A DNA stretch of 64,000 bases from Cetorhinus maximus (Eukaryota), in NCBI RefSeq assembly GCF_964194155.1, contig NC_135893.1:52204001-52268000 (forward strand). Reading direction: 5' to 3'. Under the pieces are notes generated by a model. The model had not been told where the DNA came from and ran no database searches. It saw only the letters and a list, made by a program, of their open reading frames with translations. The position numbers were made by a program, and so were the translations under genes. Within the stretch, counting starts at the first letter, position 1; the number at the start of each line of letters is the position of its first letter. Shown here piece after piece: positions 1-14,104 of the stretch.

Positions 1-535
1 ACCATATGACCTGGAGTGCAAGATAAAGGGGTCAGGTGACCAGTTTTTAGGCAAGGGAGAAGGTGGTCATGGTGCAGCCGGAGAAGAAGACCAAGGAGGC
101 TGGATCCATGAGCGGAGCTGAAAGGGATCTGGGAAAGTGTACCTTTTGGTGAAAATTGTACCCATTGACCTTGTGTAGAGTAAAGCTGCTGTCAAATTGG
201 AATTGGTGGCTGAAGCCATGAAGAAAAGGAGCTGGAAATTTAACCAGAGGAAATTCAGAGCTTTAAAGGCCTTTGTGACTGGAAGTGGTGGCATATATGC
301 TACATGGATTGCTTAGTAAGTCCATGAGATCTATCTTTGTTGCATCTGCTATTTAAAGTGTAATTTGTAGTTTCTATTGACCACAATTTGCCTGTTAATT
401 TATGTTTAATGTATGTTGATTTTGGTTTGATTGTTAAAGTAAAAGTAAGTGAAATCTTTGTCCATTGATTTTTCATTGGGATCGTTCATTGAATTTGGTT
501 CTTTCAGTTTGTTGGTCTCCAAGGGCACCACAGCA
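1..535 (+). mobile_element. 3' part of an LTR (cut by the window edge)
   Basis: The end (GTTGGTCTCCAAGGGCACCACAGCA) and the AT-rich TTGTTAAAGTAAA block resemble the end of the solo LTR at 56658-57906. Confidence 0.5.
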
Positions 536-1689
536 ATAGTAGAACCTAAATCATAGTACTGAAGCTACTGGATATTTATGTCAATATATTTCTTTTGTAT
601 AATAATGGAAAAACACAGTTGGATAATATGCACTATCCAATTATATTATTCATTTATGATTTGAAAATTAATCAAACCTGAGAATTGATATTTCACACAT
701 AGGAGCAGTGTCTGAAAACATCAGCACTTGCTAATAAGAACTCCAGTAGCACAGACTCCTCATTAAGAAATGTTCTATTTATTGCTTTCAGTGCAGTTCC
801 CACACACTTTACAAAAGATAAAAAGAACCTTGACTGATAATAGTGAGTTATTTGCCTTATCTCGGGAAGTCCTTACTAACAGGTTTCCCTTGTAATGAAG
901 TCAGTGAGTGTTTATTGCACCCTTGATGTTATGACTGTTCTTTAGATTACTTCCCTAGTAGTCCATTACTTCACGTAATGCAGATGTTTAAAAGCAGACA
1001 GAGAAAGAAAAATTACGAAGGGAATAATAAAGCAAAACAAGGAATATTTCAAGATTAAAGGTTTTGTTTTGGAAAAGTTTTGAAGGCTGGTGAGACAAAA
1101 GCCTTCTGCCAATAATTTTATTTTCCTAACACAAAACACAATTGTTTGACTATGTTCTATTTCTTCCTTTTGGGCATCATGTTACCAAACTTATATCATT
1201 GGTGTCAAAATTTCTCCTCTCAAGTTGGACATTTTGTGTGTCAAAGCTCCATCAGTGATCAGCTGGGACTGACATCGTGATTTGTAAAGATGCAGAGAGC
1301 TGCTGCAGTGCTCTAACTATTTCTAACCCACAACCTGTCATTTTTCAGCAGGTGTGGGTCACTGAATAGCAAATTCTGCCTTTCACAGGCAAGAAGGCAA
1401 ATGTTCGATATTTTTCAACATTTTTTTCTCTTTTTCAACTAGGACATCCCCAACTTGACAGCAACCCTCAAGCTACAAAATCTTAAAGTTCATGGGAAGA
1501 CAGCTAAAGTATATTTGTGCACATCACAAAATATACAGATGACATGTATTGAAAAAAATATGAAGAACATAAAAATAGGAGCAGGAGTAGTCTATTCAGC
1601 CTTTCAAGCCTACTCCAGCATGCAATTTGAACATGGATCATCTATTACCTCAACTCCACCATTTTTTATGTCTTTCTTTCCCTGTTGAC

Positions 1690-1922
1690 TTTTTTATTTG
1701 GTTGTGGGCATCTCTGGCTAGGCCAGCATTTATTACCCATCCCTAATTGCCCTTTATGACAATTGACAATGGTTCCATGGTCATCATTAAACTTTTAATT
1801 CCAGATATTTATTGAATTCAAATTCCACTATCTGCTGTGGTGGGATTTGAACCCAGGTCCCCAGAGGATTACCCTGGGGCTCTGGATTATCAGTCCAATT
1901 ACAATACCACTACACCACCACC
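1690..1922 (-). mobile_element. tRNA-derived SINE, or internally deleted derivative of the LINE at 7543-9808
   Basis: Minus-strand A box TGGTGTAGTGGT (1906-1917) and B box GGTTCAAATCCC (1842-1853). The head matches ~9690-9808 and the tail matches the LINE 3' end at ~28850-28925. Confidence 0.8.
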
Positions 1923-3100
1923 TCATATTAAGAAAGGGGTCTTTACAATAGGTTCCCAAAAGATGCACTGAGGTTAGATTAAAACAATAAGATGTTTATC
2001 TATTCCCTATTTTTCAGATTCCTAGCAAATTACACTTATAAACCTGTGCAAGTAGCATTTGTCAAAATAAACATACACATGCATGCACTTCACATTATGT
2101 AACTATTTACTGATAGTCTGACAACAACCTGATTGCATAAAATGTATCACTAGTTCTCAAAGACATTTAGTTGAATTGTCATTTGATAACTTGGTACAAT
2201 GGTTTAAATAATGCAATATAATTTAATGTATTGACTTAATTGAAGGGCACTATGACAAATCTTCATTTTTGGAGGCATAGAAACCACTTTATTGTTAAAA
2301 AAAAATTGCATGTTCCCTGAACTCAGACTCAAATGTAATGATATGGACCATTAAAATGCTTAATGAGCTTTGATTAGGCATAAGTACTTTTCATTATCCA
2401 TAAAAAGTTTTAATGCTGGCCAGAGAATATATTTAGCTGAAAACTAATGACAAAACTGGATTTATTAAATAAGGAGCTTGTATTTCACATTGTACATTTA
2501 ATCATTAACCTGATCTAAATGCACTGTCAGAAATTGTGTTCCATACTGATAAGCTACAATCTGATGCGACCGTGAGGCTGGGATGGACAAACCCCACTCT
2601 CTGCTCAATTCCCAAGAATCTTATTTTATCACTGGTGGAAATTGTTCCCACAAATTGCAACCATGTCTAAGTGTACTTACGCCTATTTGTTGAATTCTAC
2701 GGATGTTGTATTTTGTTGCGTAATGGAACCACACAACTCTCTCAAGCTGCTGCATGCCTACTTCCGTCACACTTACTCTGCCTCATATCATATCATTTGA
2801 GCAATTATTATCTACAATCAATACAATATGAGATACATTAATTTATTCCTTCAGAGATTGTTCAGAGTAAGAGTTATTGCTCCACGAGCACTTTCATGAA
2901 CCCTGTTAGGGGGCTATTGACTACAGCAAGTGCAGCATGATATGCTATGCATCCTAAATTTGTGAATCCTTCTTTGTTGTCAAGCTGGTATCAATAACTG
3001 TAATCATACATAATCAAGGGAAATATACAATTCTCCATATGAAAGCAGGCATGTTTTTCAGCCTGTCAATACATTGCCATTAGATTATTTCAAAAATAAT

Positions 3101-4045
3101 GGCCTTGATTTGGCGGATGGGAGCAAAGCAATGGGCCTCGCTGCTGACCTCGAAGAAAGCTGCTCACAAAGATCTAGCAATCTCTGTAGCATGAATTCCA
3201 CCTTTCCCAATGTTAATTTGGACCAAGTGCCAAGTCAAGGGGATCTCCAGGCCCTCGGCAACAGTGATGTCATCAAACAGTGAAAACAGCCAATTAAATT
3301 GAAATATTCTCAAGACAGCAAACAAAGTGAAATGCACCGATTATCCTTCATTTTTATTAAGTTTTACAGAGAACAAAATGAATGATTGGAACATACACAT
3401 TAGAAGATGAAATATCAAACTTAAAAAAGAAACTATATTAAACAACTTAAAATTTTTGTCAGAATGAAAACAAACTTGACATTACATATATGGTTTCCAG
3501 GACCAGAGCAATTCTTCAGCAGGAGTTATGACTTAGTATGCTGTTAAAATACTAGTTACACCGCATTGATGAGGCATAACTTTCCCAAGAGGCATTAGCA
3601 GTGATATTTTAGTATAAAAGTGGAAGCTCTTGTCAGTTCGGTTAGCTCTAATTGATTACAGTCTACTGGGACTTCTTTTTTAAACAATCATTTCTTCATG
3701 AGATGAGGGCATTGCTGCAAGGCCAGCAATTATTGTCATCCCTAACTGCCCTTGAGACGGTGGTAAGGAGTCAGCTTCTTGAACTACTTCAGTCCATGTG
3801 GTATAGGTACCCCCACAGTGCATGCTGTTAGGGAGAGAGTTCCAGGATTTTGACCCAGTGATCATAAATGAATAGAGAAATAGTTCCAAGTCAGGATTGC
3901 ATGTGTGACTTGAAGGGGAACTTACAGGTGATGGTGGTCCCATGCACCTGGTGGTACAGGACAACGAGAGAAGCATAATATCACCAACAGCAAATTGTGG
4001 GGGTTTACATTTAATTTTCCATGTGTAGACCTCAAAATCAAAGCC
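3101..4045. mobile_element. Harbinger-type non-autonomous element interrupted by a LINE fragment
   Basis: Inverted termini GGCCTTGATTT and AAAATCAAAGCC; flanks AAT/TAT. Confidence 0.5.
3675..3955 (-). mobile_element. 3' end fragment of the tRNA-headed CR1/L2-group LINE family
   Basis: Colinear with ~28850-29110. Confidence 0.75.
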
Positions 4046-5188
4046 TATATTTTGTAGGATTTACTATTTATCTATCATATCTGAGCTCCAAAAGATTCAT
4101 TTAAAATTCATGACAACGTTAAGGCAGTTTATAAGATTTTACTGAACTTATGAATTGTATTGAGTGAGGGCCAGCTTACTGCATTAAATTTTCTCAAAAT
4201 TGTTCAATGAGTTTAAGGAATATAAAGTTTGGTTGCTAATTATTCTATAACGAAAAAAGAAAATCAATAAATTTAAAGTTAAAAACATGCTTACAAGGTA
4301 TATGAGGTATATGTGGTGGAGGCATAGATCTAGATGCAAGTTCTATTAATTAGCTCGCTTAACTTGAGCTGAACTGAAAATCCAAATTATGACATGTCAT
4401 TGTCATTTAAAGAGGTCATGGAGGTAAATAGATGAACTTTCCAACTATCCCTCAGGCTATAAAAATCTAAAGCTCATATGATGGCAGAAAAAAATATATT
4501 TCTACACATTGCAGTATTCATTGTGTGCTTGACACTTTGAAGGCTGTTCTCTATCAAAGCATCAAGTAAGCAAATGACATGCATTGGCCAAATGATTCTG
4601 TTGATATTGCTATCTTTGCCATTGTATTTGGCCAATTACAACAGCAAATACAAAGATTGAGTGGACATAAGGTCAGGATTGACATTTAGTTTTGATCTTT
4701 TAGAAGTAAAATCACATTTAAAATGAAGGAAGAATAAAACTATATTTTAATTGTGATAGAAATTGGTTTGGCCAGCAGTGTAAAAGGATGGGGTTGCCCC
4801 TTATACCAGGATGGAACTGTATCTCAGGCATGGCCTACAAGGAATGACAGATTCAAGATTGCCCATCTTGTGTTATCACCCAAGAAGATTTTCTGTACAT
4901 CATTTTCAGTAGTTTCCTTACAAATGTGGTCCACTGCCAAGTATATTGAACCACATCTTACTGTTTTGTGGAGAACTATTACCACCGATACTGTATTTTG
5001 ACTGCCAGTGTTTGGAAAGAAAATCAGGTAAGTCAACATTACACATATCTACATGCTTGCCTCAGGAATGGCATTGGCTCGAAACCAGGCTCTCTCTCCA
5101 TTCCCAAATGAGGAATGGAGTACAGCAGAGCAAAGCTTGAAGAAGAAATAAAAAAACTAACATAGTGAAAGTATCAAAGAAAGATTTA

Positions 5189-5290
5189 GGCCAGGATTTT
5201 CCAGCCCCGCTGTGGCAGGACCGGCCACGAGGGATGCGGTAGGCCAGCCAAAAGCACATTGACTTTCCGTGGGGCTGGAAAATCTCGGCC
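5189..5290. mobile_element. 102-bp mini-MITE (Harbinger-type ends)
   Basis: 20-bp TIRs GGCCAGGATTTTCCAGCCCC and GGGGCTGGAAAATCTCGGCC (18/20 match). Confidence 0.75.
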
Positions 5291-5335
5291 TGTATTCTTC
5301 TCATCAAGCCTTTCTGAACAATTGCAGGCGCATTG

Positions 5336-5424
5336 CACCCCCCCCGCCAAGCCCTGCCCCTTGCCCCTCACCCCCACACCCGCCCCCGCCCCTCACCCCC
5401 ACCCCCACCCCTCACCCCTCCTCA
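5336..5424. repeat. C-rich low-complexity tract (G-quadruplex-prone on the minus strand)
   Basis: Many CCCC runs with 1-3 nt spacers. Confidence 0.7.
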
Positions 5425-6291
5425 CATTTTGACTATATTTTGAATTGGGCCTGTGACATTGCTGCCTTGCAATGATTTTCTTGGCACCTTTAACAAGCCC
5501 GGATGGACATTAATGATAATGGATGTAACATTATACCACGGAAAATGTGGCATCAAATTTCAGTTGTCGACTTAAGAGTGTGCTAACTCATGAAAACTGA
5601 TTTTTTTCATCTTTATTAAACTTTTAGCTTTCCACTTTTATTGCTATTAATTCTATGCAAACCTGGAAGCAGCAGTGCTGGAGTTTGGAGCCTGAGCAGA
5701 TTTATGGCTGACATATATTTTGTGTGTCATGCCCACCATCCACCCCTTTAACCTGGGACTGCGCCAAATGCACATAAATTGTCTTGAAAGAGGCAAACAT
5801 TAACTTCATTACCTAAAGCAGATAAATGCTAAATAATGCAAATGACTCAGAGGAGATGAAATTACTATCCAGAGGTGTGTGAATTAAGGTATGGCCCTTC
5901 CATTTGCTCAACCCTCAGTACTTGCTCAACTTTTGTGCTGAAAGTGCACGTGTGGCTGTCTCTAGCAGCCTTCGTTCTACATTGTATTATCCAATCCTTT
6001 CGGCAGTTCCCCAAGATCAGGAGGCAAAATTTAATGTAGAATTTACTGGATAACTATTAACTCATTTTTAATACCTTATGCTGTTCCTATTTTTATTTTT
6101 CTATTTTTTCCACTCTGCAATCCTCACCGATTTCAATTGCCAATGGTTGCTCAGGATTTTACTTCAGCAACTAAATATAATTAATGTTTGATACATAAAT
6201 AGGCTTTTCTAACAAAACCTGTTGCACAGCAAGTTTCTGTCCTTTTCTTGTCTATTTTTTCTCCCCTTATTTTGGTCTGCTTAAACACAAT

Positions 6292-7542
6292 GGGCAGAAT
6301 TGTCCCAGATTTGTGGTAACGGCCGGGGAAAAAGTTGTTTTCCCTGCCGACCGCAATGGCAGGTTTTTTGCGCCATATTATCCCACCTCATTAATTATGC
6401 AGCCACAGGAAACACGTCATCTCGCTGACAGGTGGCCTCCGAATTACCTGCCACACCGCTACCTCACGCAGGGCGCCATATTTAAACTGCAGCCACGCGC
6501 AAACTTGTTTGCAGCCCAGGATTGCTCTGGTGAAGACATGACCCCCAAAGCCAAAAAGACTGCAGCCCCCGAATACAGTGATGCATCCCTGGGCTGCATT
6601 CTGGATGCCGCGGAAGCCCGTTGCCATGTCCTCTACCCTCGCTCTGGCCACAAGAGGTCCAGCAATCTCACCACTCTGGCTTGGGAGGCAGTGGCAGAGG
6701 TGGTCAGTGCCAATGCTGCACACATGAGGCCGGCCACCCAGTGCAGAAGACGGATGAATGAACTCACCCGTGCCACCAGGGTAATACTAAGCACTCTCAA
6801 CTCACACACTCACAAGGCCATCACACATTCGCTGGCATCTCACTCACTGCCAGCTCAAGGGACATCACCACTCACACTCGCACACACACCCTCACATCTC
6901 CACCTGGCCTCATCCCCTCGGGAGACTGCCTCCTCAGCCCTCACCACCTTGAGACCACTTGCACAGATCAACAGACCACACACACCCTGGGATATTCCCC
7001 TTCCCCAGTACAACTCTTGCTCTGCAGCCTCTTCCTTTGCCTGAGGCACTTCACCCCCCTCCCCAAACAAGCCCTAGCCCTGCAGCTGTTGAAAAGCCAC
7101 TCCCGCCTTATGGCTGGTCTGGTGGGTAGAGACCTGCCCGTGAGCCCCCCTAAAAGTGATGTGGTGCTGCCTGCAAAGCCAGGCACTGATGACCACAAGT
7201 GCTGCACAAAACTCAAACAAACCTCGAAGTCCTGAGTGAAGTGCAACTTGCCAGGTGCATGTCGCTTATGTACTGTTGTGAAACACATCGGTGTGATGTC
7301 TGGATGGTCCAGTGTGGAGGGGGATGATTCTGGCAAGCAGGACTTATAACGTGATGCCAAGGTATTGATATTAGGTTCCCGATGTGCGGCAGTGGGAAAC
7401 GTGTCCTGCCACTGGCAAGTGGAACGGACGATCACAAACTGGTTTCACGACAGCATGAAACCAATTTTTGGCCTTCTCACCATCTTGTCCCCCTCCCACC
7501 CACCATGACACTCGACGCCAACAGGGCCAGAAAATTCCAGCC
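6292..7542 (+). mobile_element. PIF/Harbinger deletion derivative retaining a Myb/SANT-like exon
   Basis: Termini GGGCAGAATT and AATTCCAGCC, 3-bp TSD AAT (6289-6291, 7543-7545). A second copy lies at 14105-15360. Confidence 0.8.
6538..6780 (+). pseudogene. Harbinger Myb/SANT-like DNA-binding protein, first exon (open frame)
   Basis: MTPKAKKTAAPEYSDASL..LDAAE...W..VA..V.A...R...QCRRRMNELTR fits the Myb/SANT-like (MSANTD) pattern. TATA-like CATATTTAAA upstream and donor AGG|GTAATA at 6780/6781. Confidence 0.75.
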
Positions 7543-9808
7543 AATGTTGGAAGGAAGATCATTGAAGAAGCAGGTGAAGATGGTTGGGCCTAGGGCACTA
7601 CCCTAAGGAACTCCTGCAGTGATGTCCTGGAACTGAGATGATTGACCTCCAACAACCACAACCATCTTCCTTTGTGTTAGGTATGACTCCAAAGAGTGGA
7701 GACTTTTCCCCCTGATTCCCAGTGACTCCAGTTTTGCTAGGGCTTCTTGATACAACACTCAGCCAAATGCTGCCTTGATGTCAAGGGCAGTCACTCTCAC
7801 CTCATCTCAGGAGTTCAGTTCTTTTGTCCATATTTGAAGCAAGGCTCTAATGAGGTCAGGAGCTGAATGGCCCTGGCAGAAACCAAACTGAGTGTCAGTG
7901 AGCAGATTATTGCTAAGCTAGTGCCACTTGGTAGCACTGTTGGTGACCCCTTTCATCATTTTACTGATGACCGAGAGTAGACTGATCGGGTGGTAATTGG
8001 CCGGGTTGGATTTGTCCTGCTTTTCGTGGACAGGACATATCTGGGCAATTTTCCACATTGCCGGGTAGATGCCAGTGTTATGCTGTACTGGAACAGCTTG
8101 GCTAGGGGCGCGGCAAGTTCTGGAGCACAAGTCATCAGTACTGTTGCCAGAATATTGTCAGGGCCCATAGTCCAGTGCCTTCAGCCATTTCTTGATATCA
8201 CGTGGAGTGAATCGAATTGGCTGAAGACTGACATCTGTGATGCTGGGGACTTCCAGAGGAGGCAGAGATGGATCATCCACTCAGCATTTCTGGCTGAAGA
8301 TCGTTGCAAATGTTTCAGCCTTATCTTTTGCACTGATGTGCTGGGCTTTCCTCATCATTGAGGACGGGGACATTTGTGGAGCCTCCTCCTCCAGTGAGTG
8401 GTTTAATTGTCCACCACCGTTCACGACTGGATGTGACAGGACTGCAGAGTTTAGAACTGATCCGTTGGTTGTGGAATCGCTGAGCTCTGTCTATCACTTG
8501 CTGCTTATGCTGTTTGGCATGCAAGTGGTGCTGCTTTATAGCTTCAGCAGGTTGACACCTCATTTTAGGTATGCCCTGGTGCTGCTCCTGGTATGTCCTC
8601 CTGCACTCTTCATTGAATCAGGGCTGATCCCCTGGCTTCATGGTAATGTTAGAGTGGGGGACATGCTAGGCCATGAGGTTACATACTGTGGTTGAATACA
8701 ATTCTGCTGCTGCTGATGGCCTACAGTGCCTCATAGATACCCAGTCTTGAGATGTCTGTTCGAAATCTATCCCACTTAGCACAGTGGTAGTTCCACACAA
8801 CACAAGGAGAAGGTGGGACTTTGTCTCCGCAAGGATTGTGTCACTCTTACCCGTACGGTCATGGACAGATGCATCTGCGGCAGGCAGGTTGGTGAGGATG
8901 AGGCCAAGTATGTTTTTTTCCTCTCGTTAGTTCCCTCACCACCTGCTGCAGACCCAATCTAGCAGCTATGTCCTTTAGGACATGGCCGACTCAGTCTGTA
9001 GTGGTGCTACCGAACCACTTTTGGTGATGGTATTGAAGTCCCCAACCCAGAGTACGTTCTGCGATCTTGCCACCTTCAGTGCTTCCTCCAAGTGATGTTC
9101 AACATGGAGGAGCACTGATTCATCAGCTGAGGGAGGGCAGTGCGTGGTAATCATGTTTGAACTGATGCCATGAGACATCATTGGATCCGGAGTCGATGTT
9201 GAGGACTCCCAGGGCAACTCCCTCCCAATTGTATACCACTGTGCCCCCACCTCTGCTGGGTCTGACCTGCTGGTGGAACAGGACATACCCAGGATGGTGA
9301 TGGTGGTGCCTCGGATGTTACCTGTAAGCTATGATTCCATGAGTATCAATGTGTCAGGCTGTTCCTTGACTAGTCTATGAGGCAGCTCTCCCACTTTTGG
9401 CACAAGCCCCCATGTGTTGTTAAGGAGGACTTTGCAGGGTCAACAGGGCTGAGTTTGCCATTGTCATTTCCACTGCTTAAGGTGATGCCGGGTGGTCGTC
9501 CAGTTTCATTTCTTATTGACTTTCTGCCAGTTTGATATAACTGAATGGCTTGCTAGGCCATTTCAGAGGGCATTTAAGAGTCAACCACATTGCTGGGGGT
9601 CCGGAGTCACATGTAGGCCAGACCAGGGAAGGACAGCAGATTTCCTTCTCTAAAGTGAACCAGATGGGTTGTTAATGCAATCATTTTATGGTCATCATTA
9701 GACTTTTAATTCCAGATTTTATTGATTCCATCTGCCACGATGGGATTCAAACCCAGGTCCCCAGAGCATTACCCTGGATTACTAGTCCAGTGACAATACC
9801 GCTACACC
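7543..9808 (-). mobile_element. CR1/L2-group LINE (APE endonuclease plus RT N-terminal half, decayed) with a tRNA-derived 5' head
   Basis: GPDNI...LAAPLAKLFQ, WKIAQICPVH..DKSNPANY.PISLLS, GVP*GS.LGP, LWVGDFN. The endonuclease N-terminus is at ~9330-9440 and A/B boxes at 9742-9808. Confidence 0.85.
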
Positions 9809-9809
9809 T

Positions 9810-10462
9810 GTGCCTGGTGGGTTCAAGGGTTTGTGGCTTCTGCTATTGATACTTTAAAGGGTCAGGATGATTGACATTTTTATTGCCTTGTAGTGAAAAG
9901 GCTTTTTTTTAAACATCGTGGAAGGTGATGAATGAACATATGTTTTTTTTTAATATTTTGTTTTACACATCCAAATGTCACTACAGGGTTCATTGGTTCT
10001 GTACAGTGTATAGGGGGTGAATGGACATGGTAGTGCCATATCTTAGAATAGGGACATGGAGGCCATGGGGGCTGGGTTGAGTGCCAGAGCTTAGCATAGG
10101 ATGCATGAGGATGGGTTAGCAGAGGGAACATGAGAAGGATCTTTTGAACTCACCATTTAAAAGACCCCTTCATGCAGCCTGAGGTTCATGATTCCTCTGA
10201 GGGGCCGTGAACCACGACTCTTTAAAAACCTGGCTCGACTCCAGGAAAATTGTGGAGGAGTGGGCGGTGCCAATCCCTGCAATGAAGCTGGTCTAATCAG
10301 GAGAGCTGGGTGCAGGTTTTTAACAGGAACAGCCCGCAGCCTTTAAAGGCACTCCAAAAAAATCAGAAAGCCCGGGAATGGGGTTGGGAATCCTGGAATT
10401 GGGACCCACCCTCTGTTTTTAAAAGGCTCCCGAGTCATCGCGACTCGGTGAAAATTCAGCCC
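9810..10462. mobile_element. Right part of a Harbinger-type non-autonomous element
   Basis: Ends GAAAATTCAGCCC; the interior resembles the reverse complement of ~18300-18550. Confidence 0.45.
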
Positions 10463-10829
10463 GTTGCTGCAGCCAGCAAGTATTCAGCTAACTGACAAAT
10501 AAACTCTCGCACTGCACAATACACACATAAGAACTTCAGGCACACACCTTCATCCTTCCAACCTATAGCACGACAATGCTTAATGAGCTACAAGGCTCTT
10601 TATAAACATATTTATCTGGTTATAAGTAACAGATGATTGTGGGTAGTCCCAAAGCTGCTTTGTTACAAGTTCCTCTCATTCTGGAACTGAGACCCTCACA
10701 CTGTGATGGCAACTGAATAACATAACGGTATAGGCATCAGAACATAGGTTCATTTTAGGTTGCTGGGCACTTAACATTATTAGAGATTGCAAGAAGTACA
10801 AAATGGCACCAAAGTAGAAAACTTGAGAT

Positions 10830-11900
10830 GTAGCTAATTCATTTTGTTTAATTTGCGGACAACTCCAAATTGTTGGGTATAATTAATACCAAGATGGACT
10901 GCTATAAAATCAGAAGCTAGCGAAATGGGTGTGCGATTGACAAATGAACTTTAATATAAATAAGCCCAAGGTAGTACTTATTAGTATGATGGATAAGGAG
11001 ATCACATACTCTTTGGAAATTAAGTGGTAGAAATTCATGGCAAGTGGTGGTGCAAAATGGCATTACCAGATCAGATACCCATTATACATGGCACCTGATA
11101 TTCAATTCTATTGCATCAAAGGAATTAAATATCAAGCACTGCGTGTAACAGCTGGATGATCCTATGCCACCCATTTTGCACCACCACCTGAAGCAGGTTC
11201 CTTCCCTAAGTGTCTAAATGGGGTAAAGGAGTAGAGGGATCCAGGGCTACAGATACACAAACCACAATATATGTAGCAACACGGCTTAATATGCCATAAA
11301 AGAGCAAACAAAGCAATGGAGCTCATTTGTACAGAGATAGAATTGAAAAATAGTGTAGTTATATTAAACTTGCATAGAACCTTAGTTAGACCATGCTTAG
11401 AGTACTGTGAATAGTTCTAGTTGCCATATTTAAACAAAAGGATATAGAGGCTTTGGAGAAGGTGCACATTGATTTGCAAGAATGATACCAGAACTAAGTT
11501 ACACCTATCAGGAAAGGCTGAACAGAGTGGGATTTTTTTCTATAGGAAAGAGAAGATTGGGGCTGTGGCCTGATAGATTATAAGAGCATTTGATAGGTTA
11601 GAAATAGAGAAGACATTTCCACTTGCGGTAAGACTAGAACTAGAGAGCATGAATATAAGATAGTCACTAATAATTCCAATAGGGAATTCAGGAGAAACTT
11701 CTTTACACAGAGAGTGGTTAGAATGTGGAACTTCCTACCACAAGGAATAGTTGAGATGAATAGTATTGATACATTTAAGGGGAACTAGATGGAGAAAGGA
11801 ATAGAATGATATGTTGATGAGATTAGATGAAGTGAGGTAGAAGGGGAGCAAAAACACCAGCATGGACTTGTTGGGCCAAATGGACTGTTTCTGTACTGTT
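10830..11900 (+). mobile_element. CR1 LINE 3' portion (decayed)
   Basis: FAD(N)SK motif at ~10852, LVRP.LEYC-like block and typical CR1 3' region. Confidence 0.8.
11024..11206. mobile_element. Small palindromic MITE inserted in CR1
   Basis: TAA on both flanks; internal inverted repeat GTGGTGGTGCAAAATGG / CCATTTTGCACCACCAC; CR1 resumes after it. Confidence 0.75.
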
Positions 11901-14104
11901 AATATCTTATAATACTTTGTAATAATTTTAACAAGTCTAAATCTGGAATACCTTAGTTGTGTATGTTATAAGCACAGCTTAGATTTTGCACCATGTTGTC
12001 ATTTGAGATTTAAAAAATAACAGCTTACAATGAAATTTTGAAACACAACTAAAACATAATATGAACAATGTCATAAATGTGAACTGCAAACAAAACAAGC
12101 AAACCTATGGAAAATAGCAGACAAAGCATTGACAGAGTCAATTTATTTTTAACTTTGCTAGCTCAAAAATGATTCCAGAGTGAACTATCAAAACTCAAAG
12201 TGATTTTAGCTCACGTGCTTCCGAAGAGAATGGTACAAGTAAGGAATTGTCAGTTTGGACCTTTTATTATTTAAACCATCCCTTTTAGTTAGAACTTGCT
12301 GCTTTAAACCTAATTGATATGTTCTGAAATGTCTAACATAAATGAATATTAATCATGTCCAAATTTTTTAAATTATATTTGAAACTATGCAAACAATGCA
12401 AACTATTATGATTAAAGGTACAACATTGACACTTAATTTCATTTTTGCACTTAAAAGATTAACATGTCAGTCATTTTTACCAGAGAATGTAATCAGCTAC
12501 AGTGATATTTTCTTCAATTAAACTTGCTGTAAATGAATATGATTAAATCATTAAAATCATAAAACTAATCTACAGTAGATGTAAGTAATAACATGCATAT
12601 TATGTGTTTATGTAAAGACTTACTGTTTCCTGCATTGAGGAAAGATATCATGCTAAAAAAAAATGGGGCAACACTGCTCAGATGTACCCTGATACATTTT
12701 AAAATCTTCCTTTAGGCTTTCTCAAGTATTTGAGCCATCTTCAACTTTATTGATTTGCCTTGTATACTTCCCACAAATCATGCTTCAAGAATAAATGGAA
12801 AAAAAATTCAATTGAAACTTCATTTTAATGCAAAATCTGTTTCAACATATATTATACATACACACATACATAGTTTCATTTTAATATTTTGTTCAATCCC
12901 CGTGAGACCATGATAATCTCTTTTAACTCACATCTTTCAAAGAACAGCACAGCCATTCCTTTCTCTTTGTTTCTAGGATCTTATTAAATCTCAGCAAAAA
13001 CTGCTAATGCAGTTGTCGCAAAGAGATGATTATAACACACCAATCTTTTTGAGTTATCTCATCTGATACTTAAATTGTTATTGGAGTTCCTCATAATTTT
13101 CTTTTATAGATTAAGTGCTGATTTACAAAACTAAACGCATGCAGCTGCCTCTGGTAAATGTAATTAGGTTACAATTGATTCAGATGCTTGTTGTAATAGA
13201 CTGGAAAGTTAAATGACTATTGGTTTGTTGCATCGAGACTATACTCGCAAAATATTGATAAATGAAGCTTGCATCTGCTGAATATAGCATACAATGCAAG
13301 CACCATTAAATCAAACATACTGCATCATATTATGGAAGAACTTTTTAAATCTTCTGACACAACCAATGTAGATTATATATTAGATCAGGTACAGAGTGAT
13401 TAAATTCTTTGGAAAAATGCATTTAGGTTTGCAGTCAATCATCTGTACTGTCATTCTTTTCCTATTATAGCCACTACAATCCACTATGAACAACGGAATA
13501 CCAAATTAAAATACAAATGAACACAAAATGGTACTCCACTACTACCACAGGATCAATACTTTCTCCTTTTTCTTTATTGCTATCAAAAAGATGTCGCGGT
13601 CAACAAACCAATCAAAGGAAAAACATTCTCGCAATATACAAACTAAAATAAAGCTAAATACTAACAAGGGAAATCAGTGAAATTCAATCAAAGTGGGGGT
13701 ATTAATGAGTCCAACAGCTCCACCTATGGAAAGGCTGAATGGAAATTAGCATCTCCTCTGAAAGAGCTTCTGGAAGGATAGTTTGGAACTCCATTGCAAT
13801 TAGTTGTGACAACCACAAAAGTCTTTCAGTATAGATGGGAGTTTGTTTATATGGCCATTTTTTTCACATTTTGTTAACTGCTGGGGCAGCTCAGAATGGA
13901 AATGCTCTCTTACCCTCTCATCTGAAGTGTAGACTGCTGGTCCCTCCATGCTAGAGGGCCTCCTACTGACCCTCCAGCTTCGACAGCCCATCACAGTGAG
14001 CCAATCCCCTGGCTACTAATTGACCAATTCAGAGAATATCACTGCCAGCTGCCTGTTTCCCACAAACTGCAGGGTTGCAACCCCCATTTGGCCTTCAATG
14101 TCAG

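Noticed and set aside
1842-1917. tRNA gene (also 9742-9808 and ~31775-31840)
   Set aside because: A and B boxes are present, but they are embedded in SINE/LINE heads with no complete cloverleaf.
6313-7044. 243-aa ORF as a host MSANTD-type gene
   Set aside because: It lies inside a TIR/TSD-bounded repeat with a frameshifted second copy. Only 6538-6780 is domain-like, and the rest reads through an intron-like CA-rich tract.
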